Assembly (NCBI GenBank): GCA_050273025.1
Contig: CP158635.1
Span: forward strand, 8,308,001-8,372,000
Direction of reading: 5' to 3'
Length of the DNA stretch: 64,000 nt
Source: Cenococcum geophilum
Lineage: Eukaryota
Shown piece after piece: positions 12,133 to 23,480 of this stretch. The notes below the pieces were generated by a model. The model was given only the letters and a program-made list of their open reading frames with translations, had not been told where the DNA came from and ran no database searches. Every line of letters begins with the position of its first letter. Within the stretch, counting starts at the first letter, position 1. The position numbers and the translations under genes were made by a program.

Positions 12133-12784
12133 CTAAATATACTTAACTCTCTTTTGGTATATAAGTTTTTAACCTAAAGACACTATCTTTTAAATTAATT
12201 TTAAACTTATTTTTATTATTACTAGGAAATCTAGTGGCTAGTAATTATTAGGTAGATCTATTTAAATTAGAATATATTCTAAATATGTTATAAACACATT
12301 ATAACTAGTTACCTATAATGGTTGGTTCTGTTTTAGAGCTAGGAGGTAAGTTGTGTGGTGGGATGAGCGATTTGGGCTCGGTTGACCACGTAATCTTATA
12401 TTTTCAGCTGAGGCTGCCCCGTGCAGGGATTGTGCATTAGCGCTTATGGTAGACCCACCCTTTAGCGTTGTAAGACCGACCTGCATCCAGGGAATCTGAA
12501 ACTTAAAATCTTTAGGTGAAGGCTTCCAATTCAGGGAAATGCGATGACAGTACAGGATGTTGTAGCACTAATATGACTCAAGTCCCTCCTCCCTTCTTAG
12601 ACTCAATTCATAGGATAGAAGGATTTAGAAATCGTCAGTGCATTAAAATTTTGACAAGTTTTCGCACGATAGGCCTCTGCATACGCAATCCAACTACACG
12701 ACAGGCCGCAACCTCACGATTAAGCTTAGACTATATAAGCCAACTCGGCATTATATTTCCAACGTCTCTCTCCTTATCAAGAAT

Positions 12785-14738
12785 ATGGCACCAGACCTAA
12801 ACTCTCCTGCCTCAAACGGGCGCTGGGATTACTCCAAACCCGGTTCCTCCGGTTACGGCATCCCCAACATTATCTACAATGTAACCATTCATACATATCA
12901 TCATATCTCCCGAAATGCTACTGAAATATCCTTAAGGATCCGTCGTCCCGCCCTCTACGCGTCATAACAATCGCTGCTGGGTTATCCGGCATCCTAATGG
13001 CCTATCAGATCCAGAAATACTGTGAAAACATCAGGCATGTCATCTAAGAAGAACGCGGACAGAGGGGGCACATAACTTGAGAACCGGTATCCGGGCTACG
13101 CATGCGACATCCCAAGTCACGCATACACGTACAACTTCGTGCTGAATCCGGACTGGCTTCTTTTCCTACCCGCCCGACATCCACGCGTCCTGAGCAAGGC
13201 CATCGACACGTTCGAGCTACGCAAGTGTATGACGTTCAAATCCTATTGGCTGGAAGACACCAGGAAATGGAAGGTGAAGCTGCGCCAACAGGGCCCGGGA
13301 CAGGAGCAGCCGCACGAGTTTGAGGAGGAGTGCAATTTGCTGCTCTACGCTACTAGAATCCTGAACAATTTCAAGTGGCCGGACATTCAGGGCTTGCATG
13401 ATTTCAAAGGCAGGATTGTGCATACAGGGTACTGGCCGAAGGACTACCAGAAAGAGCAGTGAAAAACTGATAGAGTGGCTGTGATAGGCTCTGGCGCGTC
13501 TTCAATCCAAACTGTGCCGAATATGCAGCTTTATGTAAAGCGTATGGATGTGTTCGTGCGGACGGCGTCTGGTTCATTCAGATTGCGAATGGTTTTGGCG
13601 CTAATAAGGAGTATACCGAAGAAGATCGTAACGCTTTCTGCAATGACCCCAAGGTTCCGGCCCCACATACTAGCGATGTCGAGGGTCGGGTGAATGGCAT
13701 ATGGGGAGTATTTTATTCAGGATCGGAAATGCGGCATGCAGAAGTTGTGGGGCGAGAGAATGGCCGGGTTTCTGAAGGATGAGCGGTTGGTGAAAGGATT
13801 TACGCTAAAATGGGAAGTTGGCTGTAAGTATCTTGAACTGCCGTGAATGTCGCACGGTGTAGGGCTAATAAAGATCCCGGGCCGACACGTCACTCCAGGA
13901 GACCCGTACATGGAAGCGACCCAGAAGGAAAACGTCGATGTTCACTTTACGCAGGTCGAGCGGATTACGGAGGAAGGTGTGGTAGGCGGAGATGGTATTG
14001 AGCGTAAGGTGGACACTATCATCTGCGCAACTGGCTTCGATGTCACTTATAAGCGGTAAAAATGGTGTAAACTTGTATGTGCCTGAAAAATATCTTGGCC
14101 TTGGTGCCGAACTTTATTATGTTTGTTGGACCAACATGGTATATTCCCCCAGCGAGAGTTGTAACTCTGAGTAATCTGGCTAACAGTTTGGTAGGCCCGT
14201 GGAGAATGGCACCGTGACAGGCCCCTTGTTATTAGTCTCGGAGTACGCGGTCCGGGTTATTAAGATGCAGGAAGACAACATAAAGGGCTGGGTCCCAAAA
14301 CAGGATATTGTGGACAATTTCAATGAGCACGCCCAAGAGTGGATTAAGCACACCGTTTGGAACGAGGATAGCCGGTCCCGGTATAAAAACAACGATATTG
14401 GCAAGGTCAGTGGTTTGTTCACAGAAATACACCGACATATCACTCTTAGCCGTACGGCCCGGCTCTTCGCTTCATTATAGTACGAATCCAACCTCCTCAA
14501 AGCTCGCATTAAAACACTAACCAGTTTCGCAGCCGACATTATAGCGCAACCCCGCTACGAAGACTTTGAAATCAAATATGAGCACAAGAACCCATGGGTA
14601 GACCTTAGCATGGGCTATACATTAGCTGACAGTGTTCCCGATTCAGACGTCACGCCATATCTCCAGCTTGAGAAGATTAATCTGAAATGGTTTGGAGTAG
14701 TGGGAGCCCCCAAAGGTAGCTGCAAAGGTGGAAGATGA
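12785..14738 (+). pseudogene. Baeyer-Villiger-type flavin monooxygenase (StcW/MoxY-like) pseudogene
   Basis: First Rossmann motif degraded (ITIAAGLSG), NRYPGYACDIPSHAY, BVMO fingerprint [34 protein letters not shown]. Several introns. In-frame stops (e.g. TGA at 13460), frameshifts and apparent deletions. Confidence 0.9.
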
Positions 14739-15328
14739 GAGGAGTCAGAAAGAGAAGGCAGCGACTTCTGGGGAAGTGAGATCTTCTTGATGACTTGCAT
14801 TGAAGTCGACAACTGGCCAAACCAAGCGAGCCATGTAGGGATAACTTCCTACTTAATTTTAACTAAACTCACTTCTTACGCTTTTATCCGGTGGTAATTT
14901 ACTGCAGCCTATTTGGCGGTATTCCAGATTTGGCGCTGGCTAGACATTCCTAGCATGCCTATGCCAATCTTGCTTATTTCATTAGCGTATTTTAACGACT
15001 ATAAACTGTAAAAAGACCCCACTGAGAAGCTCGAGAGGCAGACAGGCGAAGATGTCTATAGGCGAAGTAGTTGATTCAGTAGCGAGCACAACTAGGGTCA
15101 GTTTTTGATGAGAATTTTAGGCAGATTTTGAAACAATCTATGTAGAGTTGGTGTCTCTAGTGGGTCAGTGAAATAAGGCTACGGTTTCCTGTCTGGGATA
15201 GTACATGTGACAGAATTAGAGTCGCATGGTGGAGAGAGTCGGGATGAACAAGAAACTCCTAGGGATACCAGGAACGAGCAAGGTTCCCAAAGGTTTTAGC
15301 TGATCCATATAATATTAAGCGCTAGATC

Positions 15329-16703
15329 CTAATAATCTAATGAGTTTCTAATTGCATCGTAGACTCCTATTTCCCGCTGTTAGCAACGACCACGAATTCT
15401 AATGCCAAAATGCTCGACTTACTAGCAACATCTGGGATAATAAATTTCTCATAAACCAACCCAGTATGTGTCGCCCATCCAGCAACCCTCTTAACTGGAG
15501 CAGACAACCTCAAAAACGCTTGTTCTTGAATTGTCGCTGCAACTTCAGCGCCCACACCAGCATTCATCATACTTTCATGCACGACAATCGCCCGGCCAGT
15601 CCTCTTCACACTCTCCAGTACTGTAGCTCTATCCCACGGGTATATCGTCCTTAAATCAATTAACTCAACGCTACATCCAAAATCCTTCTCGGCGGCCTCA
15701 ATGGCAGCTTGGCATGTGTATAGAGGTGTGCCGTAAGACACGATTGTGAGGTCAGAGCCTGGCTTCAGGATTTCCGCTTTGTCGAGAGGGAGAGTGTAGC
15801 TCTCAATGGGTACTTGCTCTACAGCGGCGCGGTAGAGGATTTTGGGTTCCATGAAGATGACCGGGTCATTGCTGGCAACCGCAGCGAGAAGGAGGCCTTT
15901 GGCTTGTACAGGAGAGCGTGGGATTACAACTCTGAGGCCCGGGACGTGCGTAAATAGAACTTCGGGTGATTGTGAGTGGTAGCTACAGGCAAGGAGTGGA
16001 AGGTTAGCATAGTTGGCTGAATTGTGCCATGAGATTCGCCAGACATTTGCCCTTGTGGATGAGATCAAGAGATTAGGACGTACAGCGCGCCGTGTCCGAC
16101 CACTCCCGCTGGCATCCTGACGACAATCCCTCCGCAGTCCATTCCTGTGTCTCCAGTCCTATATCGAACCTTCGAACACTCGTTTATTAGCTGGTCAAAG
16201 GCGGGATATACGTAGTCGGCGAATTGTATTTCGGCAATCGGCCTCATCCCCTCCGATGCTGCCCCAATTGCGAATCCCACAAGCCCTTGTTCTGATAGTG
16301 GAGTGTTGAAGACACGCTCATTACCGAAGTCTTGAGCTAGGCCCGTTGTACAGCGGAAGACACCTCCGAATTGCACGTCCTCGCCGAAGACGAGAACCCT
16401 CTCATCCGTTTGTAGAGCATGCCGCATAGCCTCATTAACAGCTTGGAAGAGGTTTATTCGCTTTGTTTTGGTTTGGCGGACATATTGAGGGAACTCAGGG
16501 TTTGCGAGACATGATTGTGAGGTATGATTAAGGAGAGGGGTCGTAGAATAGTCGACAGAACCGTTAAGGCGAGCTGCTGTAGGCCCGCTTGAATATGTTC
16601 TAAGCTGGCTCGATCTGTAAGGGCCAGGAGCGTGAGGCGCTTGTCGAGGGTGAAGCCTAAGAAAGCGTGATAACGCTCGCATTGTAGGGGGTTTCGCAAC
16701 CAT
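15329..16703 (-). CDS. BCKDHB: Branched-chain alpha-keto acid (2-oxoisovalerate) dehydrogenase E1 beta subunit, mitochondrial; exons 16703-16084, 15982-15423, 15366-15329 (405 aa)
   Basis: Motifs [53 protein letters not shown]. Two GT-AG introns keep the frame. Ends [12 protein letters not shown]. Arg/Ser-rich N-terminus resembles a mitochondrial presequence. Confidence 0.96.
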
Positions 16704-17127
16704 GATTACGGGTAAGAAAACTGGAGCATCGGAGGGAAATATTATCAGCAGTGAGACACGAACATCATAAGAATGAAGCAGGGGAGAATAGTATGGGAGA
16801 CAGTGTTGGTGTTTAATCTTGGTCGTCGGCAGAGTTACACCCGGCTAGAGTCGGTGTTTCCCCAGGTTTCGGGGATTAACTTTGTGTCCCGGCTCGCGAG
16901 GCTTCGACTTTAGAAACACGTACAGTCAAATCTCTTTAATACGATACCGTTTGTTCGGCCGAACGTATCGTAATACCAATAGTATTGTTATATCAAGAGT
17001 CACGTGTAGGCGAATAAGTAGGAAAACGGGGATTTAATACCTGTTGGTAGGGGGGGGGGTACGTGGACATCCACAGGAGCTTCCTGAGATCACGTGGTTG
17101 CTTTCGCCTGTTGTATATTTTCTTTAT

Positions 17128-17907
17128 CTCAGGTGCCTCAGCCTCGAGTAGAGCTTTTGAGCAGAGCTTTTGAGCAGAGCTTTTGAGCAGAGCTCCGTGC
17201 AGAGCCTTAAGTAGAGCTTTGAGCAGAGCGTCGTGCAGAGCTTCGAGCAGAGCGTCGTGCAGAGCTTCGAGCAGAGCTTCGATAGAGCTTTAAGTGGAGC
17301 GTCATGCAGAGCTTCGAGTAGAGCTTTAAGCAGAGCTTCGAACAGAGCTTCGAGCGGAGCAGAGCTTTAAGTAGAGAGCTTCCCTATATAGACCTTGTAT
17401 TTAGGCTTGTTTTTAAAGGCCTTGTAAACGGCTTTGTATAGAGCTTTAAGCAGAGCTTATATAGGCGTTCGTGCAGGCGTTCGTGCAGGTTTATAGGGAC
17501 GTTTGTAGGGACGTTTGTAGGGACGTTTATAGGGGTATTAGGGGCACGGCTGGGCTCTATTGCGAATGCAATATATAGAGTAGGAGATAAGCTTTCAAAT
17601 CGAGGTATTGGCGAGCTGAGAAGCCCTGTATTAGGGGTCGAAGTACGACGTTAAAGGCGATACAACTGTCGTCCACCAGTGAGGCTGTACAGCCCTTACA
17701 AAACGCGCCCATAATCTCTTAGACCCTCGGAGAGAAATCCACCTCGGCGCTCTATAATTGGCTGCTAAAGCTAGCGCAAGCACTAACGCCTGCGGCGTAC
17801 ATTAGCTGCGGCGCCAGTCGCTAATTGGCTTAGATGTGGCGGTGCCAGCCGCTTATTGGCTCAGGAGGTAAGGTGGATTTTCTCTCCGAGGGTCTGAGTC
17901 AACTGAG
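17128..17907. mobile_element. Non-autonomous TIR element (MITE-like, 780 bp), probably piggyBac-related
   Basis: Imperfect TIRs CTCAGGTGCCTCAG-CC-TCGAG and (rc) CTCAGTTGACTCAGACCCTCGGAG, flanked TAT| and |ATA. Contains a GCAGAGCTTCGA 12-mer array (17148-17380) and an internal inverted repeat (17721-17744 / 17871-17895). Its right end is homologous to 21645-21950. Confidence 0.6.
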
Positions 17908-18642
17908 ATAATATATTCTCATCCTTCGTGACTGCTCCACCTTATGGAGTCCTCACACACCATACACCTGCATCCCCGTGTGACAATACCTAAAAAGGCT
18001 TAAGATGTCTACCTTACGGGCTAAATAAGGCTCTTTCCCATATAAATTCTCTACTAGTACTTGACGATATTATCAAAAGTCAGATTATTGTAACATTGTG
18101 CTGAAAAAGGCTTGATCAAGGGGTGTAGATCGTAATGTAGAGGATATCGTTATATACCCCATATCGTATCAAGGAGGTTTGACTGTACCCTTTCACCGTA
18201 ATAAAGCAAAACCATCGGTTCTCCAGTAGGCAAGGTAGTCATTATTATTATTATTAGGCCACTGCTAGTTATACACCCCCTAAATGATACGCATACGCCC
18301 CCCAATTGATACACGCACACCCCCCACCTAAACAGGCTTAGATTCTTCCTCTTTACACGTGTGTCCGCGCGCAACTGTCGCGCGCCCATTGTAAGGGATA
18401 TTATTAGGGGGGTTTCGATGGTTCGATATAGAACTCTGGTACGGATGAAACTAGAGCTCTAGTGCTTACATCTGACGTCAAGTGGCTCCTATGCCGTTTT
18501 GTCAAATAGGGGTTTCGATACAACGCGAACCGATATGGACCTTCCTCACCAAACGCGTTCCGTAACACTACGATCGTGATTATTGAATATGGACGCGCTT
18601 GAGCGCCAAGCGTACTTCGCTGCCGTAGCTTGGCTACTCTAA

Positions 18643-19773
18643 ATGATGAACAGCAATGCCTTAGCAATTGCAACCGCTATACTTAACGACGACGATCCGG
18701 TGTGGCCTTGGAAGCCCTATAAGCGATTCGGCCCTATCTATAAGCTTATTGACGTCTGGAAGTTAGAGGAAGAAGGAGGACTTAGTAACTACTATTTTAA
18801 GTTCTTTACTTGCTTTTCTAAAGATGAGGTTAGAGAGCTTGCTTAAGCGATTAACCCTCTTATAAAGTTTAATATTAATAAGCGTTTTGGCTGGCTAAAC
18901 GCCTCTATAAGCTCGCCAGAAGAATCTCTACTCGTCTTTCTCTAGCGCTGCGCCTATCCTTTGTCCCTTGGCCATATAATCGTGTTCTTTAGATATAGCC
19001 GACTATAGCTGTCGCGTGTTTAAAACGGTGTTCTGTAAGATATATAGAAGAAGTAGGGGATAATAATTGAGCTCGATAAGCAGATAGTAACACCTAAAAG
19101 GATTAAGGAGTATATAACGTCGATAGGCAGCTCGCTAGGCGACGAATTGATCTTTAGCTTTATCGACGGTATAGAAGTTTATATTTGCCGCCCTAGTAAG
19201 AAAGATTAGCAACCTTTCTATAGCGGCTATTATAAACAGCACTTACTTAGGTATATGGCGATTATCCTCCCAAATAGCTTATTTGGCGCGATCTTTATAG
19301 GCCTACCTTCCACTAGTAGTAACGCTATACTTTATATCTGGATTGGCCTTGGCGCGAAGTTAAAGGACTTACTAAGCTATTTACTAGATAGCGAAGCTTA
19401 ATTTGTTTATAGCGACGCTGCTTTTAGTTTGTAAGACTATATTCTAGGACTATATAAAAAAGCTAGAAATAAAACACTAACTCTAAGTTAGCGTGCTCTT
19501 AATTAGTAGCTATCTATAAAGAGGATTATAGTAGAGTACGGATTTAGCGGCGTTAAGAATACCTTTAAGCTGCTTACCTATAGTTAAGTACTTATAGTTG
19601 GATTATGCCCGGTTGGCTTATATATACTAATTATAGCCTTTTTATAGAACTATCGGACGTGTTTACAGAGGGGTAATTAGATTTTAAAGATATTTAGTCT
19701 ATTACCGCCCTTATTAGAGGTATATATAGCTAGTAGTAGTAATAGTAATAATAAGGAAGAGGTTAACGGGTAG
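18643..19773 (+). pseudogene. Harbinger-type transposase (DDE_Tnp_4-like), RIP-inactivated
   Basis: Motifs SFIDGIEVYICRP..QPFYSGYYKQH, FVYSDAAF, KRIIVEYGF and NYRTCLQRGN; stops are TAA/TAG. Confidence 0.9.
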
Positions 19774-19879
19774 TTAAAATAAGCTTAATTTTGTTCTTTA
19801 GTAAATAGCGGGAATTTAAGTAAAATTTGTATATATATACACCTATATTTCCCTTCTATTCTCCTCTAAATAGAGAATA

Positions 19880-21308
19880 CTAACGTTATATATTATGGGC
19901 TTTACCTTCTTCCTACTCCCTCTCTTCTTCCTTCGCTTCTCTACCTACTAAACTACGTAGTATAGTTAATACCTCGCCCTAATACTTGTCCTGCTTCTTT
20001 TCTATAGCTATAAAGCGTTTACTAGTCTTATTCCTTATCTAATTAATAATTTTATAAAGTTCCGTATAAGTAACTGCTTTAGCCGTTAAGGCAGTAGTAG
20101 AGGTACGGGGCTCCCTTATAGTAGCCGTAAGCTCCTTTACTAAATCTAGTATAGTCGTAGTAAGATTATCCATAGACTATAGTATAATTAAAGCGTGCTG
20201 GTGTCCTTTTTAACTGCTATAAGAAGAAATAGAGCCCCTTTTACTACCGTTATTTTCTATAGTTTTACTAACTCCTAGAGTTAAGGCAGTATCTATATTG
20301 TTATTAAGAACAGCTTTACTAGCACGCCGCTTACGGCTAAGACTCCTTATAAGATTTGCCCTCGTTATAAGGGCGCGAAGAAACTTTAGGGAAGATTTAA
20401 AAGAATAATATAAATTCTATCTAAATCTAAGGGTATATAGCTTTTACTAAGAACAAAACGTTATATAAAGAAGAGAAAGGGAATAACAAGAGAATCGTAT
20501 AATTAAATAGTTAGGGGCTTAGTGGTCGATGCGTGTGCATATATACACGCGGTCTTTAACGGACTTTGGTAGAATTTAATTGATCTAGTAGAATTTAGCA
20601 GAAGTTGATTAAGCTAGCAGAATTCGGCAGAATTTGGTTAAAGCGTTAGAATTTATCTGTCGCGTGTTTTACCGAGACATTCCTACTATAACTAGGCTAG
20701 TCCCGTTACACTCATTACCTCCTTTATAGCTACCTATTATTGCGCTTATTATATCCTCTCTAATAGAGCTAAGGTAATATTAATTCTTTTAATAAGGATA
20801 TTAATGTGGCTATAATAATCGCTATAGTAAATCTCTTAACTAGAAGTATTGTCTTTATCTATTTCTTACTTTCGTTTAGCAATCTCTCTATTAAAAAAGC
20901 TTTTAATAAAGTTCCAGTTGTGCTTTAGCCCTTCTTCCTCTACTTGCTTCCTTATAAGAGTCTTCTAAAAAGCATCTTTGCTATAACGCTAGAGCTTAGT
21001 TTAATAAATATTAGTAATAAGCAGAACCAGTGCTTTCTTTTTAGCCTTCTTTATACAGTTCCTCCTTATCCTACCTATATTATCCTTACTGCCGCTTAAC
21101 ACTAGAGAATTAGGACGTAATAGGCGAGGCCTTAACTAGTTACTTAGTTCGCCCTCTATACAAGTTTTGTTCCAAATAGCCTTATTAATAGTTTACTATA
21201 TAAAATTAGGTAGTTATAAAGACTGGTTTAGCGTTTGCGATATTATACTGTAAGCACGGCGTGGTTGCTCTGTTAGATTAACGGTATCTTAAATATCGCG
21301 TATGGCAT
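19880..21308 (-). pseudogene. Second ORF of the Harbinger-group element (expected Myb/SANT-like partner), disrupted
   Basis: Degenerate convergent ORF starting at ATG 21308, split by the solo LTR. The function is inferred from family architecture, not from a clear motif. Confidence 0.5.
20366..20710 (-). mobile_element. Solo LTR (345 bp) related to the Gypsy-C LTR
   Basis: TSD CTCGT/CTCAT; the reverse complement aligns with the LTR at 56611-56880. Confidence 0.88.
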
Positions 21309-21631
21309 TAAAAGGCATAGTGGTAAAGGCAATTTGTGGAAAATATAAGGTTAATCGCTGTAGTTAATCACACGTACTAGAGGCTTGAAATTTCGATAAT
21401 AATTTAACTCGAACGTTTTAATATTTGCTAAGCCTTAACTCTAGTACGTAAGGTATCTAACTATATACTGCTAGTACGTGTCGATCGCCTTGATACGAGT
21501 TGCTTCCGTCCATACCAGAGTTCCATATCGGACTATCAAAACCCCCCTATTGTGGTCACCTCGGGGTTGCCTTTAGGACGCCCCTCGGATAGTCGCCGGT
21601 CACGTGCCGGAGGCACGTGCCCGTAGTTTAT

Positions 21632-22500
21632 CATCTTCTTAGAAATCAGACCCCCGGGGAAAAATTGCGCCACTCCTAAGCCAATTAGGTTACTTTACCC
21701 TAGTCCTATAGATTCCTGCAAACTCCTAGACCAATTAGATTGCACTGAGAGGAATTTCTCCCTAAGGGTCTAAGAGCTTATAGGCGCCCTTTATATAAAA
21801 ACTTAATGTTTCTTAATAGGCGACAGCTCTTCTATTATAACGCGATATCTTAACCCTTTTATAATGTCTAGTTATTATAAAAATACTATAAAGTAGAAGC
21901 CCTTTAATTTCTCTATCTATTGCATTAAATAATAACGTTATCCCTTAACCTGTTAATTATAGTATAACGTTATTAATAAGGCTGCGGCCAATAAGAGACT
22001 CTAATTCCTTCCTCTATAATAAAAACTACAGCAATATAAAGATATTTAAATTGCTTATAAATAGCTATCTACACTTAGTCCTTAGAGTTAAGCTTTATTA
22101 GATACTCCTTTTAATACTATAAGCTTATATAGAATGGAATCCTATAATAAGAACACCTATACTTTATCCTTGGCGGCCTTAAACGGCGCTTCTAGCCACG
22201 ACTATCCTCTATTGCCTTTATTATAGTGTTAATAGACAGGTCTATAAGTGCTTTTTAAGCCCCTTAGTATTATAATAAAGCCTTATAGTAGGAACTACGG
22301 TAGACTTATTAATAGGCTAGGTATATAGGTAAATAAGAAGTTAACAATATAATAATAACTAGTGGAGTGGTTACTTAATAGATTAACTCTAATTATATTC
22401 TAAGATTTATTAAAGAAGAGAACTATTTAAGTAGGGACTGTAGTCCTTTAAGTATTTAATACTGCGCCTAAGAAATATACTAAGTACGCTAGTACGTTAG
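21632..22500 (-). mobile_element. 3' remnant of a second piggyBac-like element
   Basis: The minus frame reads KALIDLSIN..KRRLRPPRIKYRCSYYRIPFYISL*Y*KEY. De-RIPped this gives YRCSHCGIPFCVSSRCWKEH, the piggyBac C-terminal Cys-rich domain. Terminal inverted repeat at 21646-21666 / 21752-21772. Ends approximate. Confidence 0.65.
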
Positions 22501-22820
22501 TATATTAGTATATTCCACGTTCCTATATTCCTATATTCCTATATTTTAAACTTATAATATAACTAGCTATATAACTTAGCTACCCCTTATTTTATAGCTT
22601 AATTAATTCTAGTACCTCTTATACTATCTTAACTAACCTATTTATATCTCTTTTTAGTAGTTATACTACTACTAATATAAGGTCCGTAATACTATCCCCT
22701 TCCTCTTTATCTTCGTTCTTAAAGATTTCCCTTATTTTTAAGTTGTTTATTAAAGGTATAGCATTCCCGTTTTTAATTCAGTGACCTTTATTATTTTTAA
22801 TACCTCTTATTAGATTCTTT

Positions 22821-23480
22821 ATGTCTAATTATTATAATTAGCTAGTAACTATTATTTTTTTACTAGGTAAAGTTATACCGTCCTATTCTTATTATAAGAA
22901 AAGGAAGTTAGTATATATTATAATTACAGCTCTATCTAGTTGCTAACCTTCCTTTTATACTAAGTATACGCGAGTAAATATATAATCGTCCTATAATATT
23001 TAATCTATCTTTAACGCTAAGTATACGCGTTTTATTAATCTTTAAAGTTTCTAACTTTCTTATCTAATCTATTATAGAGTCCCGTGTTTAATTTAAGGCA
23101 TTCTACCTTAAGGATAAACTTGCTACTACTCTTATTAAGGTATAGAAGCTTCGCAATAATAAGGAGCGGATTTATACTAAAGAGCGAAAAGTGTTTAAGG
23201 CTTAATAGACTACTTACGCTCGTTTAGTCCATTTTAAAAAGGGTTATAAAAAGGTACGCTCTAAGGAGTAGCGTCTTACTAAGTAAGGTCTCCGTAAGCT
23301 TAAGGCTAAAGAGGCTTAAAAGAATTCTAATTATAAAGAGGCAGAAACAGTTTATACGCTAGTAGTAGATCTCTTAGATAATCCGGCTTATCTATTACCT
23401 TTAATTAATCCCTTTATTTTTAGCTCCTTCTTAATACTACCTAACCTATTCTCTCCTAATACTCCTATACCTTTCCTATA
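22821..23480 (+). pseudogene. Antisense accessory gene of Gypsy-A: Zn(II)2Cys6-like cluster plus coiled coil, one putative intron
   Basis: ATG at 22821. Six TAT codons (RIP products of TGT) are spaced C-x2-C-x6-C-x13-C-x2-C-x8-C. Putative intron ~23023-23077, then a charged helical segment. The 3' end is approximate. Confidence 0.7.

Larger units (their letters stand above)
18406..21548 (+). mobile_element. PIF/Harbinger-group (PHIS) DNA transposon with ATT TSD and two convergent ORFs, interrupted by a solo LTR
   Basis: About 40-bp TIRs AGGGGGGTTTCGATGGTTCGATATAGAACTCTGGTACGGA; ATT at 18403-05 and 21549-51. Confidence 0.92.

Noticed and set aside
12516..14812. Multiple short ORFs as separate genes
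   Set aside because: Plus-strand ones are fragments or alternative frames of the BVMO pseudogene; the rest are antisense shadows or lack recognisable coding features.
17910..18405. ORF 18150-18389 as a gene
   Set aside because: No motif; the region looks like host intergenic or promoter DNA that continues at 21552-21630 after the transposon.
21640..21780. Helitron terminus (A|TC start plus hairpin)
   Set aside because: The linked ORF remnant is a piggyBac-type C-terminus, no Rep/helicase or matching CTRR end was seen, and the homologous end at 17897 belongs to a TIR pair.
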